Source: an uncultured delta proteobacterium
Lineage (GTDB): Bacteria; Desulfobacterota; Syntrophobacteria; BM002
Assembly (NCBI GenBank): GCA_963712115.1
Contig: CAVQGX010000012.1
Span: 10,839-74,838 of the forward strand
DNA: 64,000 bases
Direction of reading: 5' to 3'
Shown piece after piece: positions 1-9,066 of the stretch (position 1 is its first letter; each line of letters opens with the position of its first letter). The translations under genes were made by a program, and so were the position numbers. The notes below the pieces were generated by a model. That model was not told the origin of the DNA. It saw nothing but the letters and a program-made list of their open reading frames with translations, and ran no database searches.

Positions 1-900
1 TTTTCCTCAGTTGGCTTGGATCTTGTACAAAAAAGGAGCTTTGATCAGGATGGTTACCTAGGCGCTTTTGGAATAGCATGCGCAGTTGAGATCACACCTA
101 AACTCTCTTTTGGTGTAACTTTTAATATTTGGCCGGGTGATTTGATATGGGACAATGGCTGGGACGAAAAATTCACGGAACGCGGCGTTGGGACTCTGGC
201 AGGAAATCCTGTAACAATTGACACCAAAGTTACCGATAAATACTCTGATTTCACTGGATTCAATGCAAACATCGGCCTGCTGTGGGATATAAGCAAACAC
301 TTTACCTTCGGAGCCGTTGTAAAGACACCTTTTACCGCAAAGGCTGACCACACATTCAACTTCATACAAGTTCAGACCTTTGGCCCACCTCTTAACACGA
401 CGATCACAAGCCAGCAGAAAGTTACGGAAAACGTAGATATCGACATACCGCTCTCTTACGGTTTCGGACTTGCCTACAGAGCTTCAGATACACTTACCTT
501 CGATTTAGATGTTTATAGAACCGACTGGAGCGACTTCACTATAACTGACAGTCAGGGTAACAAATTCAGTCCTATCGACGGACGCCCGGCCAGTAAGTCC
601 CACGTGGAGGCTACAACCCAGGTCCGGCTTGGCGGAGAATATCTTTTTATTTTGGAAGCAAAAGAGATTGTCGTGCCCGTTAGGGCTGGAGTCTTTTACG
701 ATCCAGAGCCAGCAGAGGACGGTGTGAAAGACTTCTTCGGTTTTTCCGTAGGATCAGGCATAGTGTACAAGTGGTTCATTTTTGATGTGGCATACCAGTT
801 CAGATGGGGAAACGATGTAGATACAGGGAACTTGATTGCCACCTCCGAGGCTGATGTTTATCAGCACAAAATCCTTGCTTCAGTAATCACCCATTTTTAG
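1..900 (+). CDS. FadL/OmpP1/TodX-family outer-membrane beta-barrel (5'-partial)
   Basis: Frame is open from base 1. Alternating beta-strand pattern, 'PLSYGFGLAYR...LDVYRTDWS', 'PVRAGVFYDP', C-terminal aromatic 'ITHF'. Confidence 0.75.
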   Translation, partial: FSSVGLDLVQKRSFDQDGYLGAFGIACAVEITPKLSFGVTFNIWPGDLIWDNGWDEKFTERGVGTLAGNPVTIDTKVTDKYSDFTGFNANIGLLWDISKHFTFGAVVKTPFTAKADHTFNFIQVQTFGPPLNTTITSQQKVTENVDIDIPLSYGFGLAYRASDTLTFDLDVYRTDWSDFTITDSQGNKFSPIDGRPASKSHVEATTQVRLGGEYLFILEAKEIVVPVRAGVFYDPEPAEDGVKDFFGFSVGSGIVYKWFIFDVAYQFRWGNDVDTGNLIATSEADVYQHKILASVITHF

Positions 901-918
901 GTTTGCGATAATGCCCTC

Positions 919-2943
919 ATGAAAAAAGCGACGCATGCAATCACGTACTTAATCACCATTGGACTGGTGCTAGCGGTTTGGAGTTGTGTCCAGAAACCTT
1001 CAGGACCCGTTTATGCAAAAAATGGTAAGGAATATGGCAAGACCCAGGCGGCTTTCTTCAGGCACCGGTGGTGGAACTACTACGAGCGGGGGATTTCTTA
1101 TGCAGAAGGGGAGTTTTATCAGGAGGCTCTTTCAGACTTCAAAGAAGCTTTAGGGCAGCGAGAGGAAGATCAGCGCATGGCCCGCACCTACGGGATGCAC
1201 TTTATTGATTACTTTCCCCACAGAGAGTTAGGCATCATCCATTATCACATGGGAAATTTCCAGGAAGCCGGAAAAGAATTGGAGATTTCTCTAAGTCAAT
1301 ACCCTTCCGCCAAGGCTCGCTATTATTTGGACCGCGTTCGTAAAGCCTTGATCGAAGAAGTTGTCCAAGAAGTGTCTCCCCCAAGGCTTACTCTGAGTTT
1401 TAGAGCTGAAGAGATCTGGACACGAGAACACCCTGTGCGAGTCTCTGGCGTTGCGGAAGACGAAAATTATGTGGCTGCAATTACTATCCGTGGGACACCC
1501 CTCTTTCTTGAGGGATCAGAGAAACGCATCCCTTTCGATAAGCCTCTGGCTCTTTCCCAAGGCCGGCATGTTATTGATGTGGAGGCAAAGAACCTTCTCG
1601 GCAAAACGGCTCAGCGGAGCGTGATCATCAATGTTGATCGAGAAGGCCCCATCACTACTTTGGACGAACTGCAAGTTGATGACGCTGCCACACCTAGGGA
1701 GGTTAGAGTTTCCGGCTCGATTTACGATGAAGCCGGTGTATCTGAATTGATTATCAACGGCCAAAACATCTCTATTAAGAAAGGCGCGGAAGTTCTCTTT
1801 ACCGCTAAACTCTCTCTAGACACAGCCAGTCTAGAAATTGTAACGGTCGACACTCTAGGTAACCAAACCTCTGCGCAAATTCCACTATCTGCCGGTTTGC
1901 TCAGCGAGACGCCCGTGCTGGTGGCATGGGTGGATACCAACGTTGGGCCTTCTTTCGAATCAGCCGGTCTTTTTGGCGCCAAGGACACCAACCCTCCCAG
2001 AATTCGGCTCAAGGGTTGGTCTGACAGCCAGACCGTTTTCCTGGAAAAGGTATATATCGAAGGCCAGGTAAGCGACGAGAGCAAAATTGAGAGTCTCACC
2101 ATCAATGGCATTCCCATCCTGCGTCGCCAGAGTCTTTACATTTTCTTTAGTCACCTGGCTGAGCTTAGCGAAGGAGAAAACACTCTAACTGTAGAAGCCA
2201 TCGATGAGGAGGGCAATAGTTCGAGGAAAACCATCGCCATCGTGCGTAGGATCCCTAAAGCCCTTCAGTTAGGTGAAAGGTTGAGCCTTACAGCATTTCC
2301 GTTTGAGCAGAAGGGAGAGGTTACAGAAGCAAGTCTTGCTTTTCAAGACAACCTTATTGATGCCCTGGTAAATCAGAACCGCTTTCAGGTAATCGAAAGG
2401 GACAAATTGAATTTGGTCCTTCGGGAACAAAAACTGAGCCGGACCAAGTTGTTTGACAAAGGGACGGCTTTGAAGCTGGGAGGTCTAGTGGCCGCCAAGT
2501 CAATCATCATGGGCAGTATTATCGAGAGCCGTATCGGCATTGAAGTTGTGGCCCGAATGATCGATACGGAAACATCAGAGATTTTGGCTGCTCAGGACGT
2601 CTACGATGAACTGAAAGATCTTCCTGCTTTAAGGTCTCTGGCCGAAGGAATGGCCATAAAGTTCCATCGAGACTTCCCATTGGTGGACGGCTTTATTCTC
2701 GAGTGCAAGGGCGAGGACATATTCACCGATCTCGGTGAGGATGTGATTAAGTTGCGTCGGAGGCTCATAGTCTACCGCGAAGAACCGATAAAACACCCGA
2801 TCAGTGGTAAGGTGCTCGGCGCAGATAACATAATCATGGGACATGCCCGCGTAAATCAAGTTATGCTCAACATGTCTAAAGCGAAACTGACGGATGTCAA
2901 GACTGAGAAAGTCAAATCGTTTGATAGGGTTATCACCGAATGA
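919..2943 (+). CDS. Lipoprotein: TPR + tandem Ig-like repeats + CsgG/FlgO-like domain + C-terminal beta domain
   Basis: Signal ending 'LAVWSC'; TPR-like 'YYERGISY...A...F..AL'; Ig-like repeats 'VSG...DE..V..I.I.G'; CsgG-like 'RFQVIERDKLNLVLREQKLS...A.KLG...A..II.GS...V.ARMIDTETSEI'. Confidence 0.75.
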   Translation: MKKATHAITYLITIGLVLAVWSCVQKPSGPVYAKNGKEYGKTQAAFFRHRWWNYYERGISYAEGEFYQEALSDFKEALGQREEDQRMARTYGMHFIDYFPHRELGIIHYHMGNFQEAGKELEISLSQYPSAKARYYLDRVRKALIEEVVQEVSPPRLTLSFRAEEIWTREHPVRVSGVAEDENYVAAITIRGTPLFLEGSEKRIPFDKPLALSQGRHVIDVEAKNLLGKTAQRSVIINVDREGPITTLDELQVDDAATPREVRVSGSIYDEAGVSELIINGQNISIKKGAEVLFTAKLSLDTASLEIVTVDTLGNQTSAQIPLSAGLLSETPVLVAWVDTNVGPSFESAGLFGAKDTNPPRIRLKGWSDSQTVFLEKVYIEGQVSDESKIESLTINGIPILRRQSLYIFFSHLAELSEGENTLTVEAIDEEGNSSRKTIAIVRRIPKALQLGERLSLTAFPFEQKGEVTEASLAFQDNLIDALVNQNRFQVIERDKLNLVLREQKLSRTKLFDKGTALKLGGLVAAKSIIMGSIIESRIGIEVVARMIDTETSEILAAQDVYDELKDLPALRSLAEGMAIKFHRDFPLVDGFILECKGEDIFTDLGEDVIKLRRRLIVYREEPIKHPISGKVLGADNIIMGHARVNQVMLNMSKAKLTDVKTEKVKSFDRVITE

Positions 2944-3557
2944 AGCGTTCTTTGAAGAGGGACCGAAAGCTCCTGTCGAGTTGTTTATCAGGAAATAGAA
3001 AAGCAGCAGAAACCCTGGTTCGCCGATTTTCAGATCTGGTCTACTGGTCTGTCCAGCATGCCCTGATAGTCAAAAACGTTTCTTTCAATAGATACGATCT
3101 GGAAGATCTTCACAATACAGTTTTTCTAAGGCTCTTTGAAAAGAAATGCAAGAAACTCAGGCAATATCGCGGGAAAAACGGCTGCAGTCTAGCCTCGTGG
3201 ATCAGGATGATTGCGGTCCGAACTGTGCTTGATCATCTCCGAAAAAAGGGCATAGATGCAATTGCCTTCCAGAAAGACCGTATACCTCTTGATAAGTTGC
3301 CCGAACTTAAGGCTGAAGGGGTCGATTTCGTAAACCTCAAGGAGCAAGTGGAATGTGAACGGTTACTTCAGCTTGGCATGAGAAGACTACCACCGCGCGA
3401 TCGACTGTTTTTGAGACTCCATTTTGATCAGGGGCTTTCCATTGCAGAAGTTGCCAATGCCATGCAGATTACTGTAGAAAATGCCTATACCATCAAACAC
3501 CGGGCAATTCAGAGACTGAAATTTCATGTGGCTTCCTCTCAGGGTATTAACCGCTAG
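2940..3557 (+). CDS. ECF sigma-70 factor
   Basis: Region 2 'EDLHNTVFLRL...SWIRMIAVRTVLDHLRK'; region 4 'LPPRDRLFLRLHF..GLSIAEVA..M'. ATGA overlap with upstream gene. Confidence 0.9.
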   Translation: MKRSLKRDRKLLSSCLSGNRKAAETLVRRFSDLVYWSVQHALIVKNVSFNRYDLEDLHNTVFLRLFEKKCKKLRQYRGKNGCSLASWIRMIAVRTVLDHLRKKGIDAIAFQKDRIPLDKLPELKAEGVDFVNLKEQVECERLLQLGMRRLPPRDRLFLRLHFDQGLSIAEVANAMQITVENAYTIKHRAIQRLKFHVASSQGINR

Positions 3558-3783
3558 CGTAAGATGAATTTAATTCCTCTTATTTGAACTATTACTATCA
3601 GTTTTACTCTCGTTACAGCTATTGTCGAAGCAGTGATTTTTCTGTGACTTTTTCTGATCTATTCTGAGCGATGATAAGATACTAACTGGATGTCTAATAC
3701 TCTTAAGTCGTTGTTGTCTTAACTGATTTTGTTACACAACATTTATGGGTTTCTCAATATGGTTCAGGCTTGTCGAAGTTCGG

Positions 3784-3811
3784 TGCAAGGTTTTCCAGAT
3801 TTTTTCGTCTA
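3784..3811 (+). promoter_or_regulatory. Putative ECF-type promoter (TGCAAG-N16-CGTCTA) upstream of anti-sigma/cyclase-CHAT operon
   Basis: CGTC-containing -10 and 16-nt spacer are typical ECF geometry; lies in the gap between sigma and anti-sigma. Confidence 0.4.
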
Positions 3812-3868
3812 TGTGTATAGGAAGGAAAAACTTTTTGAACCAGTCCCTGCAGCAATGGACGTAATGAG

Positions 3869-4546
3869 ATGGAGCTCACGATGACGACGACATGCCCTGT
3901 AGAAGAAAAGCTTGCTGACTATCATGAAGGTCATCTCGCGGAGGAAGACCGGTTGGAGATGGAAGAACACCTGTCGGACTGTCCAGTGTGTTTGGACGCA
4001 CTTGTGGTGACGAGCACTCTGGTTCGAGGCGAAGACAAGTTAGAGCTGGAGTCGGTGCCAGTAAGGGTTACAGAATCAGCTATAGATCTGATAACCAAAC
4101 GCTATCTCTTTTCACATTATTCTTGGATAGAAAAACTCAAGCAATCAGTCGAAGCCTTGGGTTCGAAGATATCGGATTCATTGGGGTTGACGCCATGGCG
4201 AAGATGGGATTATGGGACGGTCCGAAGTTCCGAGCGGGTCACACTGATAGATAATCTGGTTTCTTTGAAAGTGCCATTCAAAGACATTGAAACTGAAATT
4301 GAGATGGAAAAAACAGGACCCGGCATGGCCACTATTCGTGTCAAGCTGTCCCAAGCTCGCAAATCCATGAAAGCTGTGAGAGTTACCCTAAAAACGGACA
4401 AACGAGAGATTGCCTCATATCTCTTGGATGATAACTCTGTAATATTTGAAGCCATACCTTTCGGTCACTACGGTATTTCTTTGGCCGAAAACGGTGTGGG
4501 GCTTGGAACATACCATTTTAAGATCAAGGAAACTCATAATGGCTGA
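3869..4546 (+). CDS. Zinc-finger (zf-HC2/ZAS) anti-sigma factor, apparently soluble, with C-terminal beta-rich domain
   Basis: 'EEHLSDCPVC' HxxxCxxC motif; follows ECF sigma; no clear TM segment. Start may be 3881. Confidence 0.8.
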   Translation: MELTMTTTCPVEEKLADYHEGHLAEEDRLEMEEHLSDCPVCLDALVVTSTLVRGEDKLELESVPVRVTESAIDLITKRYLFSHYSWIEKLKQSVEALGSKISDSLGLTPWRRWDYGTVRSSERVTLIDNLVSLKVPFKDIETEIEMEKTGPGMATIRVKLSQARKSMKAVRVTLKTDKREIASYLLDDNSVIFEAIPFGHYGISLAENGVGLGTYHFKIKETHNG

Positions 4547-7500
4547 AGACAAGACAAGAAGAGCAGAACCCACGTCAAGCAATATCGAAGAAATCTTGCG
4601 GCAGCGTGAACGTCTCGATCAGATACTTCGAGAAAAGTACAAAAAAGAGGTGACCATCCTCTTCACCGATATATGCGGATTTACCGAGTATATAGATAGC
4701 AGGGGGGATATTAATGGGCGAGCTTTGCTCATGAAGCACAACAGTATTGTCTTGCCCATAATCGAAAATCACGAAGGCAGAGTTATTGAGATCGTTGGAG
4801 ATGCAGTTATGGCGGCTTTTGCAGCTCCCTTACCTGCGGTCAAGGCATCTATAGCTATTCAGAAAGCTCTGGCTGAGTATAACCTTAACACGAAAGAGAT
4901 AGACAGTATTCGAGTCAAGATCGGAATCAACCTTGGTGAGGCTCTGGTGGACGAGGCTGCAGTCTATCAGGGCTTTAGTGGGGACGTGGCCAATGTGGCC
5001 TCACGCGTACAAGCTCAAGCCAGGCCGAATCAGATTCTTATTTCCAAAAATGTCTATCACCAGGTTAGTGACTGTGAGGATATTCTCTGCAGATTTCACG
5101 GAGAAGTGCAGGTAAAGGGGAAAGCGTTATCCCTCAAAATCTACAGGGTAGTCTGGCGGGACGAGGATGCTTTTGTGAGCATGGAACCGCAGGTTCAACT
5201 CTGTGAGCATCCCGCAGAGAAAAGAGCCAGAAAACCTGTGCGGCTTTTCCAGCTTGATATAAACAGGGAGAGGGACCGCCTGAAGATCAGTGCTCGCGAA
5301 TACACCACGGGTGAAGAGGACACCATTCGTCACTACGAGGACATACGGGTTTCCATGGAATGGATTAAGACCCGGTGCCATGAGATGGTGGAAACGTTAA
5401 ACAAAGTCAATCGTAGAGGCCGCATTGATCGTGAGGTCCTAATAAAACTCAAAGAAGTCGGCCAGGTCCTGTACGATGAATTGTTCCCGCTGAGCGTAAA
5501 AGAGAAATTAAGAAAAACCACCATTAAATACCTCAGCCTTACCATTGATGATCAATTGGTCCACATTCCATGGGAACTTTTAAATGATGGCCAACAGTTT
5601 CTTTGCCAGCGTTTCAATATGGGCCGACTCGTCAAGACTCGTCAAACTATTTCAGTCACAAAGCCGCGACCATTAGCCCGGCCCCTAAGGATGCTGATTT
5701 TGGCTGATCCAGAGGGTAATTTGAAGGGTGCCTACGCCGAAGGTATTCAGATCAGGGACTTTATGGATCGGGATGAAGATCTGATCAATGTTTCCTTGCG
5801 CTCCGGGAATATTACCCTCGATTCCATTAAAGAAAAAATAAGGAATTTTGATTTTGTTCACTTTGCCGGTCATGCAGAATACGATTCCCACAATCCGGCA
5901 GAAAGTGGATGGCGGCTAACCGAAGGCAGCCTCCGAGCCCGAGACATTAGAAAAATGTCAGGTACAGGAAACATGCCTGCCCTCATCTTTGCCAATGCTT
6001 GCCAGTCAGCGCGAACCGAAGAATGGACGCTAAGAGATCAATTCCAGGATAAGATTTTTGGACTTGCAAATGGTTTTCTTCTCGCGGGAGTAAGACACTA
6101 TGTGGGCACCTTCTGGGAGGTATTGGATGAACCAAGCAGTCGTTTCGCTCTGGAGTTTTACAGAAATCTCTTGTCTGATAGAGATATCGGTGAAGCCATA
6201 AGGTTGGCACGGTTGGAGCTGATCAAAAAATACGGTGAGGAGAACATAGTCTGGGCGAGCTACATACTTTATGGAGATCCCACTTTTAATTACATTGATC
6301 AAGCCGAGGGGGCAGAAGTACGGGTAGAGTCTGAGCATGCCTATGAAACGCTCGAAAGCCCGGAAGTCAGGGCTCGTGAAGAGGTCATTGACTTTGCTGA
6401 CCGGGGGATCCGGAAAAAAAGACGGATTTTGTGGGCCCTGGTTGCCGGAATTATTGCTGCTCTGGGAATAGCGCTCTGGGGCTACCCGCTCCTTTCAAAC
6501 AAGCAGATCGCCCGTTATGAAAAGAGGGCTCTAGCCCACTACCAGAACGGGAACTTCGAGGAGGCTTTGGATGCCTGTGGCAAGCTTGAAGCAAAAAGCC
6601 CTGATGCTTGTTTGACCTATCTTATCCAGGGAAACATCCATTTTAGAAAAGGAAACCTGGACAAAGCTGAAGCTGCCTATCGCAATGCCCTACAAGCCAC
6701 TAAGGGGACTAATCTGCAGAAAGCGGAAGCACTGGTGGGTTTGGGCCGCATTGCCTCTCTTAGAAAACAACCCTTAGAGGGCCTTAGTTATTATCAACAG
6801 GCTACCGAATTAGCCCCGCAGAGCAGGACGGGATACTTGTCTCAGGCTCTCATGCTTGAGGATAGAGGCAATTACGGCGAAGCTCTGGATCTTCTCAAAA
6901 AAGCTCAGGAGCTTACTCCAGATGACCGGGCGCTTGCGGCTCTAATTAATGACGTCCAAAAGAAGGTGGCTTTTGCCCAAGACAAGGAAAAGCAGGAACG
7001 TATAGATCAAATGGTCAAAGAACTTTTGGATTCAATGAAATCACCTTCCTGGGCTTTACCGTGGGACGGCTGGACATCACTTCCTTTGACTATGTGGGTT
7101 ATGGATTTTCAGGCGCGGGGGTATTCTTTGCGCGAAGCGGAAGACCGTCTCCTTGTCTCCGGCATTGTAGATCATTTGCTCGGGTACGACCGGCTTCAGG
7201 TGGTCGAGCGTGAACTCCTGGATAGATTGCTCAAGGAATTGGAGTTGGGAAGTTCCAAACTGATTGATCGCAACACTGCGCTGGCCGTCGGAAAGCTCGT
7301 CGCTGCGAGGCTAATACTCTCAGGCCAATTAGTCTATTCCGAACCGCTAACTCAGATCTCCATGCGCTTGATAGAAACAGAAACTGGCCGTATTACCGCA
7401 GCAGTGAACGAATCCTTTGGGAGCGCTGTCCCCCCATCAGATCTGGCGGACGCGCTCTCAGAGAAGCTCCTGGAAAAACTGAAACAACTCTATCCCCTTC

Positions 7501-7703
7501 GTGGAAAAATCTCAAAAGTGAACGGTGAAAACATCGAGCTCAATATTGGACTAGTAGTAGGGGTCAGGGCCGGCCAACAATTCAAGACCATAGAGGGTGA
7601 TATTACTCTGGTAGTTACCTCCACTAATCAAAACACCAGCTTAACCAAGGTTGCAAAAGGTGAGGGCCCTGTGGTTGAAGGTCTACGCGTAGAAGGCATC
7701 TAG
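4539..7703 (+). CDS. Class III nucleotidyl cyclase + CHAT protease + TM + TPR + CsgG-like fusion protein
   Basis: ATG at 4539 overlaps anti-sigma end. Cyclase 'ILFTDICGFT', 'EIVGD', 'GDVANVASR'; CHAT 'VHFAGH' (His 5871) and 'FANAC' (Cys 6000); TM about 6426-6485; TPRs; 'QVVERELLDRLLKELELG...MRLIETETGRI'. Confidence 0.88.
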   Translation: MAEDKTRRAEPTSSNIEEILRQRERLDQILREKYKKEVTILFTDICGFTEYIDSRGDINGRALLMKHNSIVLPIIENHEGRVIEIVGDAVMAAFAAPLPAVKASIAIQKALAEYNLNTKEIDSIRVKIGINLGEALVDEAAVYQGFSGDVANVASRVQAQARPNQILISKNVYHQVSDCEDILCRFHGEVQVKGKALSLKIYRVVWRDEDAFVSMEPQVQLCEHPAEKRARKPVRLFQLDINRERDRLKISAREYTTGEEDTIRHYEDIRVSMEWIKTRCHEMVETLNKVNRRGRIDREVLIKLKEVGQVLYDELFPLSVKEKLRKTTIKYLSLTIDDQLVHIPWELLNDGQQFLCQRFNMGRLVKTRQTISVTKPRPLARPLRMLILADPEGNLKGAYAEGIQIRDFMDRDEDLINVSLRSGNITLDSIKEKIRNFDFVHFAGHAEYDSHNPAESGWRLTEGSLRARDIRKMSGTGNMPALIFANACQSARTEEWTLRDQFQDKIFGLANGFLLAGVRHYVGTFWEVLDEPSSRFALEFYRNLLSDRDIGEAIRLARLELIKKYGEENIVWASYILYGDPTFNYIDQAEGAEVRVESEHAYETLESPEVRAREEVIDFADRGIRKKRRILWALVAGIIAALGIALWGYPLLSNKQIARYEKRALAHYQNGNFEEALDACGKLEAKSPDACLTYLIQGNIHFRKGNLDKAEAAYRNALQATKGTNLQKAEALVGLGRIASLRKQPLEGLSYYQQATELAPQSRTGYLSQALMLEDRGNYGEALDLLKKAQELTPDDRALAALINDVQKKVAFAQDKEKQERIDQMVKELLDSMKSPSWALPWDGWTSLPLTMWVMDFQARGYSLREAEDRLLVSGIVDHLLGYDRLQVVERELLDRLLKELELGSSKLIDRNTALAVGKLVAARLILSGQLVYSEPLTQISMRLIETETGRITAAVNESFGSAVPPSDLADALSEKLLEKLKQLYPLRGKISKVNGENIELNIGLVVGVRAGQQFKTIEGDITLVVTSTNQNTSLTKVAKGEGPVVEGLRVEGI

Positions 7704-7804
7704 GATTTTCTATAATGGATATGACAGCATTTTTTCGGACTCAATTTAAAATCACTAATACTTATAGCAAATAACGACTACTCAAGAACCTGGCAAAGAA
7801 TGAC

Positions 7805-8974
7805 ATGGAATTTATATCAGCAAAAAATGCTTCTAGAACTGAACTGACGGATCTAAATGTATCTATTTTAGAACAGGCGCAGTTATTGATGAATTTATCG
7901 GAAATGATAACTGAGCGCAACGTGAAAAATCAATGTGAAATAATAGCAAACTGGTTTAAGCAATTATATCGGCTGAAAGAAATTGCCTTCTTGATCCAGG
8001 ACATAAGATTAGATCGCACGCTTTTTTATGGCGAGGCTTCTCTTGAAAATGCGCTTCGACACATGCTGAAAACCTCGTCAGAGCGCTCTCCGGCAAGAAA
8101 AGTAGGAAATGGGTCGACGGTTCATGGTTGTAAAGAATGTAATTTGATTACAGTGGATGATACGAGACGCTTTGGGTCCCCAGAGCTCAGGATTCTTGCC
8201 GCTCCCTTGACCGCTGGGGAACACCACATTGGAGGTATGGCACTGGTTGCAGAAGAAGAAAAAATCCAGGCTTTACTAAGTGAAAGCCCCACCTCATGCT
8301 GGTTTGGTCCCTTTATATCCAACTTGTTGGATAATGCGATCTGCCACGAAAAAAAAGATCGAAAAATACGCATGCTCAACTTTTACCAAACAGTTAGCTC
8401 ATCACTAACACACGTGGAAGACTTGCATGAGCTGTTGACCACGATCATGATCATTGTTACCACGGAACTCTCATGTGAAGAAGGCTCCGTTCTGCTGTAC
8501 GATGAGGAGACCAATGAATTCGAATTCTTCATTGCCGTTGGCGAGACGGGTGATGAGCTTACAACGCTGCGCTTTCCGGCTGATAAAGGAATAGCAGGGA
8601 GGGCCCTAAGAGAAAGGAAGACATTTATAGTTAATGATGTGCAGAGTTCCCCGGACTTTTACGGTTCAATCGATGAGCAACACGACTTCAAAACCACGTC
8701 ACTTCTTGCAGCCCCTCTTGCATCAGGCAACGAGGTTGTTGGGGTCATTGAAGCCGTAAACAAAATAGGCGATAGGGGTTTTACCAAAGAAGATGAACAG
8801 ATCCTTTCGGCAATCGCGGATGAGGTTGCTCTTGCAGTTAAGAATGCGAGGCTCTTCGACTACGTCGTTGATAGCTACTGCAAGCTAAGACAAGGCCAAA
8901 ATAGCTGTAAGGGCTGCCAAAGACCCCTCAAATCGTGGACGCCATGTGCATTACAAATCGGAAAGCTTCACTAG
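7805..8974 (+). CDS. GAF-domain protein (cNMP-binding-type GAF) with C-terminal 4-Cys tail
   Basis: 'GIAG.....K..IVNDV..SPDF...ID...F.T.SLLAAPL...VVGVIEAVNK....FTKEDE'; tail 'CKLRQGQNSCKGCQRPLKSWTPC'. Confidence 0.85.
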   Translation: MEFISAKNASRTELTDLNVSILEQAQLLMNLSEMITERNVKNQCEIIANWFKQLYRLKEIAFLIQDIRLDRTLFYGEASLENALRHMLKTSSERSPARKVGNGSTVHGCKECNLITVDDTRRFGSPELRILAAPLTAGEHHIGGMALVAEEEKIQALLSESPTSCWFGPFISNLLDNAICHEKKDRKIRMLNFYQTVSSSLTHVEDLHELLTTIMIIVTTELSCEEGSVLLYDEETNEFEFFIAVGETGDELTTLRFPADKGIAGRALRERKTFIVNDVQSSPDFYGSIDEQHDFKTTSLLAAPLASGNEVVGVIEAVNKIGDRGFTKEDEQILSAIADEVALAVKNARLFDYVVDSYCKLRQGQNSCKGCQRPLKSWTPCALQIGKLH

Positions 8975-9066
8975 AAATGTCTCCGTAACAAAGACTCACT
9001 TGATCCTGTTCGACGAACAACGCAGACGACGATGTTGGTCGTGAATAGGGCAAGGAGGTAATTCAC

